Notes under the pieces: generated by a model | What the model was told of the DNA's origin: nothing | The model's input: only the letters and a program-made list of their open reading frames with translations | Databases searched by the model: none | Shown here: positions 35,846 to 45,764 of the stretch, one piece after another | How positions within the stretch are numbered: position 1 is the stretch's first letter | How the letters are laid out: each line of letters opens with the position of its first letter | Source of the DNA: Gemmatimonadota bacterium | Lineage (GTDB): Bacteria; Gemmatimonadota; Gemmatimonadetes; Gemmatimonadales; GWC2-71-9 | Reading direction: 5' to 3' | Assembly (NCBI GenBank): GCA_016199245.1 | Contig: JACQHC010000150.1 | Span: 1-50,735 of the forward strand | DNA: 50,735 nt | Program-made: the position numbers and the translations under genes

Positions 35846-37063
35846 GTGCTCCGAGAGTTCCTGGCCGACCTCAAGGCGCAGCGCCTGCGCACCGCGCTCA
35901 CGATTCTCGGCATCACGTGGGGCACGGTGGCGGTGGTGGTGCTGCTGGCGTTTGGAACCGGGCTCGAGCGCCAGACGCGCAAACGGTTCCACGGTCTCGG
36001 CGACCGGATTGTCATTCTGTTCGGCGGCCGCACGACCAAGGCGCACCAGGGGTTCCCCGAGGGCCGGCCCATCCGGCTCACGGAAGACGACGTAGCGTTG
36101 CTGGACGCGGAAATACCGGAAATCGTCCAGATCAGCCCGGAATACTCCAGCCGCACCACGCCGGTCCGGCGCGGCGCCAACGGCGCGAACCCGAACATCA
36201 CGGGCGTGCTGCCGGTGTATGGCGACATGCGGAACGTGATCCCCGAGGAGGGCGGGCGGTTCATCAATCAGCCCGACGTGGACGAGCGGCGCCGGGTCGC
36301 GGTCGTCGGTAACGAGCTCAAGAAGGTCTTATTCGGCGAGGAGGCGGCCGTGGGCCGGCAGGTGTTCGTCGGGGACGTTCCGTTCACGATTGTCGGCGTG
36401 ATGGCCCCGAAGATCCAGAATTCCTCGTACAACACCCGTGACCAGGACCGGATCTTCATTCCGGCCTCCACGCACCGATCCATCTTCGGTGGGCGGAACA
36501 TCGCCAACATGATCTACCGCACGAGCGACGCCACGATCACCAAGGACGTCGAGCGGCGTGTGTACGAGCTGCTGGGACGGCGGTACAAGTTCGATCCGAC
36601 CGACGAGGACGCGCTGATGGTGTGGGACACCAGCGAATGGGAGACGATGTTCGGCTACCTGTTCCTGGGCTTCAACATCTTCTTCGGGTTGGTGGGAAGC
36701 TTCACGCTCACCGTGGGGGGCATCGGCGTCGCGAACATCATGTACATCGTTGTGCGGGAGCGGACGCTGGAGATCGGGATCCGGCGCTCCGTGGGGGCCA
36801 CGCGGAACCATATCCTGCTCCAGTTCTTCACGGAGACCTTCTTCATCGTGGGGATCGGCGCGGCACTGGGCCTCGGTATCTCGCTTGCCATGGTGAGAGT
36901 GGCCGGGTTGTTCCCCACGAACGACATCGTGGGCCAGCCCGTGCTCTCGCCCACCGTGGCGCTCGTCACCGTCTCGCTGCTCGCCGGGATCGGCTTTCTC
37001 GCCGGCCTGTTTCCCGCGCGGAAGGCGGCGAGCTTGGATCCGGTGGAATGTTTGCGATACTGA
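35846..37063 (+). CDS. MacB/FtsX-type ABC transporter permease
   Basis: RTALTILGITWG, GGIGVANIM...ERTLEIGIRRSVGA and FPARKAASLDPVECLRY motifs. Confidence 0.92.
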   Translation: MLREFLADLKAQRLRTALTILGITWGTVAVVVLLAFGTGLERQTRKRFHGLGDRIVILFGGRTTKAHQGFPEGRPIRLTEDDVALLDAEIPEIVQISPEYSSRTTPVRRGANGANPNITGVLPVYGDMRNVIPEEGGRFINQPDVDERRRVAVVGNELKKVLFGEEAAVGRQVFVGDVPFTIVGVMAPKIQNSSYNTRDQDRIFIPASTHRSIFGGRNIANMIYRTSDATITKDVERRVYELLGRRYKFDPTDEDALMVWDTSEWETMFGYLFLGFNIFFGLVGSFTLTVGGIGVANIMYIVVRERTLEIGIRRSVGATRNHILLQFFTETFFIVGIGAALGLGISLAMVRVAGLFPTNDIVGQPVLSPTVALVTVSLLAGIGFLAGLFPARKAASLDPVECLRY

Positions 37064-37064
37064 A

Positions 37065-37193
37065 GAGCGGCATGGGCGGCATCACCGGCATGGGCGGCAT
37101 GGCTCGCTCATGGCAATTCATGCCGCGTATGCCGCTCAATCCGCGTATGCAGCTGACGTCGTGTATGCCGCTCATGCCGCTTATGCCGCCGGT
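37065..37193. repeat. 9-bp-period GCGGCAT / ATGCCGC inverted arrays
   Basis: gagcggcat gggcggcat caccggcat gggcggcat ... atgccgcgt atgccgctc aatccgcgt atgcagctg ... atgccgctc atgccgctt atgccgccg. Confidence 0.9.
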
Positions 37194-37199
37194 CTGACC

Positions 37200-38447
37200 A
37201 TGTGGCGCATCCTCCTCGAGGAATTCCTCGGCGACCTCCGGGCCCAGAAGACCCGCGCCTTCCTCACCATGTTCGCCATCACGTGGGGGACCATCGCCGT
37301 GGTCCTATTGCTCGGCTTCGGCGAGGGTCTCAAGCGGACGGCGAAGGACGGATTGCTCAACGCCGGCGAACGGATGTTCATGGTGTACGGCGGCGAGACC
37401 GGCGAGGTGTTCGAGGGGTTGCCGCGCGGACGTCGCATACGGCTCACCGAGGAGGACCTGGGCCTCATCCGGCGGTCCATCCCTGAGGTGGACATGGCGA
37501 GTCCCTCCTACGGCCGCGGGAGCACGAGCCTCCGCGTGGGGGACATCCGCACCAATGCCTACATGGAGGGCGTACACCCCGAGTTCGCAGAATTGCGTCG
37601 CATGTTTCCAGCAGACGGCAGCCGGTTCATCAACGCGCAGGACCTGGAGCAGAAACGTCGGGTCCTGTTCCTCGGTAACAAGATTGCCGAGCGGCTGTTT
37701 CCGAACGAACTACCGGTCGGCAAGACCGTGATCCTCGACGGGCTGCCGTTCGTGGTGGTCGGCGTGATGGCCGAGAAGTTCCAGGACTCAAGCAACAACG
37801 GCCCGGACGAGGACCGCGCGATCATTCCGGCGTCCACGCTCCGCGCGATCTACGGTCCCCGGTTCGTGAGCCACCTGCTGATCCATCCGCGGGACCTCAC
37901 AGTCGCGGCGTCCGTCAAGAGCGAGCTCTACCGGGTACTGGGCCGGCGGTATCGGTTCGATCCCGCGGACGAGCGCGCGTTGTCCATGTGGGATTTCATC
38001 GAGAACGAGAAGGAAGTCACCAAGATCGGGCTCGGCATACAGATCTTCATGGGCCTCGTGGGCGTTTTCACACTGCTCGTAGCCGGTGTCGGCGTCGCGA
38101 ACATCATGTACGTCGTCGTGAAGGAGCGCACGCGCGAGATCGGGATCAAGCTCGCGGTGGGCGCGCGCCGGCGGCACATCGTGAGCCAGTTCGTGTTCGA
38201 GGCCATGCTGATCTCGCTCACGGGCGGGCTCATCGGTCTCGCATTCGCCACGGCGGTGATCCTGGGCGTGGACGCCATCCCCACCGAGGAGAACCCGGCC
38301 ATGCAGTACATCGCCAACCCCAAGCTCTCCTGGCCCATCGTGCTGGCGTGTGTGGGTACGCTTATCGGGATCGGACTGGCCGCGGGGATTCTGCCCGCGC
38401 GCCGCGCGGCGGCCGTGGACCCGGTGGAGTCGTTGCGGTACGAGTAG
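37200..38447 (+). CDS. MacB/FtsX-type ABC transporter permease (second)
   Basis: RAFLTMFAITWG, GVGVANIM..KERTREIGIKLAVGA and PARRAAAVDPVESLRYE motifs. Confidence 0.92.
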   Translation: MWRILLEEFLGDLRAQKTRAFLTMFAITWGTIAVVLLLGFGEGLKRTAKDGLLNAGERMFMVYGGETGEVFEGLPRGRRIRLTEEDLGLIRRSIPEVDMASPSYGRGSTSLRVGDIRTNAYMEGVHPEFAELRRMFPADGSRFINAQDLEQKRRVLFLGNKIAERLFPNELPVGKTVILDGLPFVVVGVMAEKFQDSSNNGPDEDRAIIPASTLRAIYGPRFVSHLLIHPRDLTVAASVKSELYRVLGRRYRFDPADERALSMWDFIENEKEVTKIGLGIQIFMGLVGVFTLLVAGVGVANIMYVVVKERTREIGIKLAVGARRRHIVSQFVFEAMLISLTGGLIGLAFATAVILGVDAIPTEENPAMQYIANPKLSWPIVLACVGTLIGIGLAAGILPARRAAAVDPVESLRYE

Positions 38448-38667
38448 GGGCGGTCCAGCGGCGCCACCACCCCAACCGCCGCAGACGGTCGCGCACGCCC
38501 CCGCCCGAGCTACCCGGTGCCTTCGGCCCACGGGGCTTGCGACCGAGCGGACGCGCTCGGAGAGGCCACGCGTCTTGCGCTGCTGCGGCCCGTCCACCAT
38601 CGTCAGCCGGTCCGGCCCCCCACTAGCAGGCCGGCGCGTTCGCAGACACCTCTGAAAGGCGGTGAGC

Positions 38668-39102
38668 ATGGGCACCATCAACATGGGTCGTGTGATCCTG
38701 GGCGGCCTGCTGGCCGGGTTGGTGTTCAACCTGGGCGAGACGGTGTTCAACCTCTTCCTGTTTGGCGAGCAGATGGAAGCGGCCATGCAGCGGCTAGGTC
38801 TCGAAATGCCCGGCGGCGGTGCGATCGCGGTGTACATCGTGATGGGCTTCGTAGGGGGAATCGCCACGGTGTGGCTGTACGCGGCGATCCGGCCGCGATT
38901 TGGGCCGGGACCGAAGACGGCGGTCTTCGCCGGGCTCGCTGTGTGGCTGCTCGCGTATCTGTTTCCGACCGTCGGCTACGCGACCCAGGGGATCATCCCC
39001 AACAATCTGGCCGCGATCGGGGCCGTCTGGGGATTGGCCGAGTTGTTGATCGCAGCGCAGGCGGGGTGCTGGCTGTATCGGGAGGAGACGGCGACGGCCT
39101 AG
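38668..39102 (+). CDS. Hypothetical four-TM membrane protein
   Basis: INMGRVILGGLLAG...WLYAAIRPRFGPGPKTA; four hydrophobic helices. Confidence 0.75.
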   Translation: MGTINMGRVILGGLLAGLVFNLGETVFNLFLFGEQMEAAMQRLGLEMPGGGAIAVYIVMGFVGGIATVWLYAAIRPRFGPGPKTAVFAGLAVWLLAYLFPTVGYATQGIIPNNLAAIGAVWGLAELLIAAQAGCWLYREETATA

Positions 39103-39204
39103 ACCGCCGGTGCGGCTCCGCGACCGCCAGGTCGGTGAGATTCAACTATCCAAGATCTTCGACTGGCCGCGTTAAGGCCGCGCCGCGCGGGCCGAGAGCG
39201 CCGG

Positions 39205-41868
39205 TCAGCGGCGCGGATCGCCCCCGTACTTGGTGAGCAGCGCCTGGAAGCGGGGATGGTTCCGGATCGGGTCCCACAGCGGGTCCAGCCGCAGCGTGTG
39301 CACGCTGAGATTAGACGGCCCCGCCAGCAGCAGCTCGATCTCCTCCGCGGCGGTCTCGGCTTCGCCCGCTTGCGCCAGAATGCGGGCGCGATCTTCCGCC
39401 ACCTTCGGGCCTTGAATGGCGTCATCGCGGTACACCACCGACTGCTCTAGCCAGCGGGCTTCACGGAGCGCCTCGTCTCGACGACCCAGCCCGGCCAGGA
39501 CCAGGCCGCGGGCCGCGTGGATGCGCCAGTCGTCGGGGAGTTCCCTGATCACGGAGTCCAGGAGCACTCGGGCCGAATCGAACGCCGCGCGGGCGGCCGG
39601 ACCGTTGCCGTGCAGTTGGTGCGCCCAAGCGGCGTACAGCGAAGCGGGCAGGACGAAGTTTTGCCCCTGGAAGACGGCGACATGCACCACCTTGAGGACC
39701 TGCAGCAGGCTGTCGCCCTGCCGTTCCCACTTCAGGAGTTGAACGTGTTGAGAGGCTCTGGTCCCGAGGAATCCCAGGTCCGTATCCCTGGGCAGGCGGC
39801 TCAGTACCGCTCGCAGCGTGTCGAGCTGCCCCTGCCAGAAGACGTAGGTCCATCCCTTTTCGACTGCGGCGCCGTGAAGGTCGGGCGCGAGGCTCAAGGC
39901 CCGGTCGAACGCGCGCACCGCATCGGCGTAGCGGTGCAGGGTTTGGTACGTTAACCCACCGAGACCAAAGAACAGTTGCGCGTCACGCGGGTTGAGCCGA
40001 GTGGCCTTCTCGAACGCCGCCAACACCTCGCTCCAGTTCCCCAGCCGGCGGTGCACAGCCCCGATCAACTGCCACACCCGGGCGTCGTTGGGCAGCCCCT
40101 CGCGCGCGATCGCGAACTCGTCCAACGCTCCTCGGTAGTCGCGGCGGCCCCAGAAATGCACCAGGCCCAAGGCGACATGCGCCTGCGGCAGGTCCGGCGC
40201 GAGCCGCAGCGCCGCCTCCGCTTCCTCGCGCTGGAGTGCCGCCCGCGCCGGTGAGGGATCGTAGCGAAACCAGAACATCTGTCCGTGCACTTCCGAGAGC
40301 GCCGCACGCGCCAGCGCGAAGCCTGGATCGAGCGCCAACGCCTGCTTGAAGAGCTGCTGGGCGATCTGCCAGTTCTCGTGGAGGAAGCCCGGGCGGATCA
40401 AGTACTCACGGCCCTGGAGGTAGAGCTGGTATGCCTCCGCATTCGTCGTGGGAGCTGCGGATAAGCCCCGTTGCTCGGCGCCGGTGAGCATCGCACTTAC
40501 CGCGGCCACGATCCGCTGCGCCACGTCGCTCTGAATGGCGAACGCCTCGTCCAGCGTGCGGTCGTAGCGCTCCGCCCAGAGGTGCGCGTCCGTCGCCGCG
40601 TCAATCAACTGCACGTTGACCCGCAACCGCCCGCCCACCACCTGCACACTCCCTTCCACGATGCTCCCCACTCCAAGATCGCTCGCGATCTGCCGGAGCG
40701 GCGGGATATTGGGGCCCGCGTAGCCCATCACTGAGGTCCGGCTGATCACCTTGAGGGCCGCCACCTTGAACAGCTGGGTCAAGAGCTCTTCGTGCAGCCC
40801 GCCCGCGAAATACGCATGCGGCCCCTCGGCGCTCAGATTCTGGAACGGTAGCACCGCGATGGCCGTCCGCTCGTACACGGGCTCGGCAGCACTCGGCCCG
40901 TCCGGCCCAAGGCGGAGCACGGTGAGCACGCCGCCGAGGACCACAACGGCCACGCCACCCAGCAGCGCAAGACGCTTGACCCGACGGGACACATGGCTTG
41001 CCGATGGAGGCGCCGCGGTTGAGATCGCAACTGATCCCGACTGCCCCAGAGCCTCGGCGAACTGCGCGGCCGTGCTGAACCGATCCGCCGGTGTCTTGGC
41101 CAGCGCCCGCTCGATGGATTGTTCCACGCCCGGCGGCACCGTCCCGCGCGCGGCCCGGAGCGGTGGCACCGGGTCCAGCGCATGCCGCGCCAGAATCTCG
41201 AGCGCCGTGGTCCCCGTGAACGGGGGATGGCCCACCAGCATCTCGTACAGCACACACCCCAGGGCGTACACGTCACTCCGCCTGTCCACCTCTCCCCGCC
41301 CACTCCCTTGCTCCGGGCTCATGTACTCCGGCGTCCCTATGGCGACTCCCGTCGCGGTGATCTTCTCGCCACCGGCCACGCTGATCGCCCGGGCAATCCC
41401 GAAGTCCGCCACCACCGCGTGCCGCTCTTCCAGCAGGATGTTCTCGGGCTTGATGTCGCGGTGCACCACGCCCTGCCGGTGCGCGTAGTCCAGCGCATCC
41501 GCCACCTCGCGGGCGATCTGCAACGCGTCTTCGATGCCGAGCTGCTTCTCGCGCTTCAGCCGGTCGCGGAGGGACTCCCCCGCCGCGAACGGCATCACGT
41601 AGTACAGCAAGCCGCCCGCCTCACCGGAATCGTGCAGGGGCAGGATGTGGGGGTGGTTGAGCCGGGCCGCCGTCTCGATCTCCCGCAGAAACCGCTCGGG
41701 GCCCAGCACGGCGGCTAACTCCGGCGTCAGGACCTTGATGGCCACGTCACGGTGATGCTTGAGATCCTCGGCGAGATACACCGTCGCCATCCCGCCCTGC
41801 CCTAGTTCCCGCTGGATCCGATACCGGCCCGCGAGGGTGGCGGTGAGGCGGTCGAGCGAATCGGGCAT
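39205..41868 (-). CDS. Ser/Thr kinase with TM, TolB-N-like domain and TPR repeats
   Basis: Kinase motifs HRDIKPEN, DFG and SPEQ; IAVLPFQNLS...VISRTSV...HLWAERYDR; TPRs; LDPLWDPIRNHPRF tail. Confidence 0.92.
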   Translation of the reverse strand: MPDSLDRLTATLAGRYRIQRELGQGGMATVYLAEDLKHHRDVAIKVLTPELAAVLGPERFLREIETAARLNHPHILPLHDSGEAGGLLYYVMPFAAGESLRDRLKREKQLGIEDALQIAREVADALDYAHRQGVVHRDIKPENILLEERHAVVADFGIARAISVAGGEKITATGVAIGTPEYMSPEQGSGRGEVDRRSDVYALGCVLYEMLVGHPPFTGTTALEILARHALDPVPPLRAARGTVPPGVEQSIERALAKTPADRFSTAAQFAEALGQSGSVAISTAAPPSASHVSRRVKRLALLGGVAVVVLGGVLTVLRLGPDGPSAAEPVYERTAIAVLPFQNLSAEGPHAYFAGGLHEELLTQLFKVAALKVISRTSVMGYAGPNIPPLRQIASDLGVGSIVEGSVQVVGGRLRVNVQLIDAATDAHLWAERYDRTLDEAFAIQSDVAQRIVAAVSAMLTGAEQRGLSAAPTTNAEAYQLYLQGREYLIRPGFLHENWQIAQQLFKQALALDPGFALARAALSEVHGQMFWFRYDPSPARAALQREEAEAALRLAPDLPQAHVALGLVHFWGRRDYRGALDEFAIAREGLPNDARVWQLIGAVHRRLGNWSEVLAAFEKATRLNPRDAQLFFGLGGLTYQTLHRYADAVRAFDRALSLAPDLHGAAVEKGWTYVFWQGQLDTLRAVLSRLPRDTDLGFLGTRASQHVQLLKWERQGDSLLQVLKVVHVAVFQGQNFVLPASLYAAWAHQLHGNGPAARAAFDSARVLLDSVIRELPDDWRIHAARGLVLAGLGRRDEALREARWLEQSVVYRDDAIQGPKVAEDRARILAQAGEAETAAEEIELLLAGPSNLSVHTLRLDPLWDPIRNHPRFQALLTKYGGDPRR

Positions 41869-42109
41869 GCCCGGGGGTCCGGAAAGCGACCCTCTAAGAT
41901 GCCGGGGGCCGGAGATTGCGGCCAGCAGGAACACGCTGACCCGAGATGCGGCTGGATCGGAGCCAGCAGCACTTTCATCGGCCGGATCGCTCTTTCGATC
42001 CACTACGCGAAGAAAGTTGACGTCCCCGAATCACCCTCCCGGTAGGTTGCCGCCGCCGCCGAGCCGAGGGTACGTTTTGCGTGCAGGTTCGAAACAAGGA
42101 GCGCAGCCT

Positions 42110-42664
42110 ATGGCCGCCCACCAGCTTGTCACGGCCGAAGAGCTCGAGCGAATGGGCCATCAGGACTTCGGGTACGAGTTGGTCCGCGGCGAACTGGTCC
42201 CCGTGAGTCCCGCCGGCGACCGGCACGGCAGCCTTGCGGCCCTCATGGCTGCGGCGCTCATCGCGTTCGTTCGGCCGCGTCACCTCGGCGTGGTGCACGT
42301 TGGAGCCGGCTACATTCTGGCCAGAAGCCCCGACACAGTTCGCGGCCCGGACGTGGCCTTCATCTCCCGCAAGCGCTTGGCGGCACTCGGCGGTCGGCGC
42401 CGCGGGTTTATCCCTGGCGCTCCTGACCTGGCGGTCGAAGTCCGCTCGGCCGACAAGACGTTCGCCGAACTCCAGGCCAAGGCCGCGGAATGCCTGCAAG
42501 CTGGCACGCGCCTGGTGTGGCTGGTTGATCCGCCCTCGCAAGCAATCCACATCCACCAACCGGGCCTCGTGCCGCGCGCGCTCTCGATCGGTGACGTGCT
42601 CGACGGTGCAGATGTCCTGCCGGGATTCACCCTTCCGCTCGTGGAGTTGTTTGGCGAGGAGTAG
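42110..42664 (+). CDS. Uma2 (DUF820) family PD-(D/E)XK-like protein
   Basis: YELVRGELV, PDTVRGPDVAFI, APDLAVEVRS and DVLPGFTLPLVELF motifs; GGAG SD. Confidence 0.9.
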   Translation: MAAHQLVTAEELERMGHQDFGYELVRGELVPVSPAGDRHGSLAALMAAALIAFVRPRHLGVVHVGAGYILARSPDTVRGPDVAFISRKRLAALGGRRRGFIPGAPDLAVEVRSADKTFAELQAKAAECLQAGTRLVWLVDPPSQAIHIHQPGLVPRALSIGDVLDGADVLPGFTLPLVELFGEE

Positions 42665-42855
42665 TCGTCCGGTAGTCCAGATGAGACACGCGATTGGCCT
42701 CACATTCCGGACTTGAACACCCAGCTCGGCGGCGGATGTTCTGAAGAGCGTGCGCGTTGGGGGCAGCGAGCCGAGGTTTCAACGCCGGAGCACCGAGCCG
42801 AGCGGCCCCGCCGTCGGCCGAAAGGCGTTCGCTCTTTCCGGGCGAGGACCGAGAC

Positions 42856-45717
42856 CTACCGCGCGGTTAGCCGACCCAGCCGCTCGCGCGTCTCGGCTAC
42901 GAGCGGCCGGAACCCTTCATCCGCGTCCTTCCACAACTCGACGAAGCGACCGTAGGAGGACGCCGCGTCCTCCGGCTGACCCAACCGCTCGTAGACCTCG
43001 CCCAAGTGCCGATGCGCGAGCACCCACGGCAGGAGGCCTTCGTAGGCAATGGACTGTCGGTCGATGACGCCACGCAGCATCTCGGCTGCGTCGTTCCAGC
43101 GCCCCGCCGCCAGGTACGCTTCCGCCAGGGCCTGGGCCAGGTCGTCGCGCGTCCCGGGCTGGACCTTGCTGAGCGGCTCCAGAATCTCCACGCTGCGTTG
43201 CGGTCGCCCGGTGGCGCTCTCCAGGGTGCCTTCGAGCAACTGGCGCTCCATGCGGTCGCTGTCTCGCTCTTCGCTGCTGCCCGCCCACGCAGCGAGCTCG
43301 TCCCGCATCTTGCGGCCGGTTTCGGTGCGTCCCGCCGCGATGTAGCTGCGGCCAATGCGCGCCCGCAGCCACATCCAGCCGCTTTCGTCCGGCACTTCGC
43401 GCTGCGCCTGGTCCAGGATCGCCGTGGCTTGGTCCTGATTCCCCTGCGCGATCTGCGCCATGGCCAACCAGTGGCGATCGCGCGCCGCGCTGGCCGGCTG
43501 CCCGCCCGCGAGGTGCAACAGGGCGGCTTGTTCCAGCTCTCCCCGGGCCTCCGCCGCGTGTCCCTGATACAGCGCGAGCTGGGCGAGGGAGCGCCGCGCC
43601 GATCCTCGCTCATTGGGGTCCCCGTTCGCCAGACGGCGCTCGAACACGGCACGCGCATCGGCCAGTCGCCCTGCTCGGATGAGCGTCATGCCGTATTCGT
43701 GATTGAGGTTGCCCGCTGCCGCCCATTCAGGCCGCACGTCGAACCCCCGGCGGTAGTAGGCAAGCGCCGAATCGACTTGAGCCTGCGTGATGTAGCAGGT
43801 GGCGGTATTGATCAACGCGCCGGCATCGCGCGGGTCGATGCGCAGCACCTCCGCGTATTCGGCGATGGCCCGCGGGCAATCGCCGGCGTCACGGTAGTTG
43901 CTGCCCAGGTTATGGCGCGCGCGCAGGTCGTCCGGATAACGCTCCAGGTGCAACCGATAAAAACGAATGGCTTCGTCCCGCTGGCCGAAGTAGCCCTGAT
44001 ACTGCGCCTGAATGAAGTACTGCTCCCGCGGGCTGATCCGATCCAGCCGGGCCAGCGCGGCGTCGAAGTGCTGCCGCGCCTTGTCCACCTCGTGGAAGAT
44101 GAACGATGCGTAAGCGTTGCCCAGCGCCGTGTGTGCGCCGGCGAAGTCCGCGTCGAGCTTCAGCGCGTCCTCCAGCAGCTTCACGGCGTCCCGGTGCCGG
44201 CCGGCGTTCCATGCCTCCGTGCCCGCGGCGTACAGTTTGAGCGCTTCCAGAGAACCGGTCGTGGCCGCCGGGAGTGGTTGGCTGCCTGAGCGAATGGCGC
44301 GCAGCGACTCGCCCATCTGTTTGCGCAACTCCCTCATCAAGGCATCGAGCCCATCGAGCAGCCTGGCCTCGCCTGGAACGCGCTCCACGAGACTCACCGC
44401 CGCAATGCCGGTTGCCGGATCCACCAGGCGCAGCGTGAGCACGTACGCACCGCCCACCGCCCCGATCTCCGGTACCAGCAGCGCCCTCACGCCCGCGCGC
44501 TGGCAGATCTCGCGCCCTGTGGTCTCGTCGATGGGCGAGCGTGCGGGCTGTTGCATCAGCTGCAAGACGCTTTCGATGCGGGATCGGGGAACCACGTTGA
44601 CGTGGCGAGACTGTTGCAGCCCCACGTTCAGCGCGAGCGACAATGCCGCCACCAGCTCGGCCTCACGCTCGCCGCGCTGGAAGTCGGCCACCAACACCCA
44701 GTCCCGCTGTTCGAAGCCCAGGAGTGGCGCCGGCCCGAACGGACGGAATACCAGCATCACGAGGGCCAGGCCGGCCACGGCGAGCAGCCCGGCTCGGGTC
44801 GCCACGTTGAGCCGGCGCCAGCGGCGCAACACGGGCGTCCGAACACCAGGCTGTGGCCGGGCCTCGCCGGCCAGGGAGAGCTGTTCGCCGGCCCGAATTG
44901 CCTCCGCGAACTGCGCCGCGGTGGCAAACCGATCCGCGCGCGACGTCGCCAGCGCTTTCTCGATGGCTCGCTCGACGCCGACGGGAACGGATGCTCGCAC
45001 GGTCCTGAGCGCCGGCGGCGCCTCTACCAGCTTCCGAGCCAGGGTCGCCTGCGACGTCGAGCTCGCGAACGGCGGATCTCCTGCCAGCATCTCGTACAGC
45101 ACCGTGCCCAGACTGTAGACGTCGCTCCGACCGTCCACTTCCGCCTCGCCCGCCGCTTGCTCCGGGCTCATGTATGCCGCAGTCCCGATCGCCGCGCCGG
45201 TCCCCGTCAGCCGCTCTTTACCCGCGGCGTCCAGCGCCCGCGCAATGCCGAAGTCGCTCACCACGGCATGTCCGGCGGTCAGCAGGATGTTCTCAGGCTT
45301 GATGTCGCGGTGCACGATGCCGAGGCTGTGCGCGTAACCCAGGGCGTCGGCCACTTCGCGGGCGAGTTGGAGCGCGTCCTCCAGCGGGAGCTGAACCTCG
45401 CGCTCGAGCCGGCCACGCAGCGACTCTCCCTCCACGTAGGGCATCACATAGTACAGGAAGCCGGCGGCCTCGCCCGAGTCGTGCAGGGGCAGGATATGCG
45501 GATGGCTGAGCTTGGCCGCGATGTCGATCTCGCGCAGAAAGCGCTCGGGTCCGAGCGCCATGGCCAGCTCGGGCCGCAGGACTTTCAGCGCGACCTTGCG
45601 GTGGTGTCGCTGATCCTCGGCGAGATACACCACCGCCATGCCGCCGCGACCGAGTTCCCGTTCGACCCGATAGCGGCCCGCGAGCGCGGCGTTGAGTCGG
45701 TCGAGAGGCTCGGACAT
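42856..45717 (-). CDS. Ser/Thr kinase with TM, TolB-N-like domain and TPR repeats
   Basis: Kinase motifs; RDWVLVADF...LQQSRHVNVV...ATTGSLEALKLY; TPRs; FVELWKDAD tail. Confidence 0.92.
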   Translation of the reverse strand: MSEPLDRLNAALAGRYRVERELGRGGMAVVYLAEDQRHHRKVALKVLRPELAMALGPERFLREIDIAAKLSHPHILPLHDSGEAAGFLYYVMPYVEGESLRGRLEREVQLPLEDALQLAREVADALGYAHSLGIVHRDIKPENILLTAGHAVVSDFGIARALDAAGKERLTGTGAAIGTAAYMSPEQAAGEAEVDGRSDVYSLGTVLYEMLAGDPPFASSTSQATLARKLVEAPPALRTVRASVPVGVERAIEKALATSRADRFATAAQFAEAIRAGEQLSLAGEARPQPGVRTPVLRRWRRLNVATRAGLLAVAGLALVMLVFRPFGPAPLLGFEQRDWVLVADFQRGEREAELVAALSLALNVGLQQSRHVNVVPRSRIESVLQLMQQPARSPIDETTGREICQRAGVRALLVPEIGAVGGAYVLTLRLVDPATGIAAVSLVERVPGEARLLDGLDALMRELRKQMGESLRAIRSGSQPLPAATTGSLEALKLYAAGTEAWNAGRHRDAVKLLEDALKLDADFAGAHTALGNAYASFIFHEVDKARQHFDAALARLDRISPREQYFIQAQYQGYFGQRDEAIRFYRLHLERYPDDLRARHNLGSNYRDAGDCPRAIAEYAEVLRIDPRDAGALINTATCYITQAQVDSALAYYRRGFDVRPEWAAAGNLNHEYGMTLIRAGRLADARAVFERRLANGDPNERGSARRSLAQLALYQGHAAEARGELEQAALLHLAGGQPASAARDRHWLAMAQIAQGNQDQATAILDQAQREVPDESGWMWLRARIGRSYIAAGRTETGRKMRDELAAWAGSSEERDSDRMERQLLEGTLESATGRPQRSVEILEPLSKVQPGTRDDLAQALAEAYLAAGRWNDAAEMLRGVIDRQSIAYEGLLPWVLAHRHLGEVYERLGQPEDAASSYGRFVELWKDADEGFRPLVAETRERLGRLTAR

Positions 45718-45764
45718 GCCGTGGTGCGGGAAGCCGCGCGGGAAAGATGCCCCCGCGGCAGGAT

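Noticed and set aside
37110-37199. N-terminal extension MAIHAAYAAQSAYAAD... of the second permease
   Set aside because: It is just the translation of the 9-mer repeat; the paralog aligns from ATG 37200.
42110-42664. Uma2 gene as part of a restriction/defence island
   Set aside because: There is no methyltransferase, toxin-antitoxin or other defence gene nearby, and stand-alone Uma2 copies are common.
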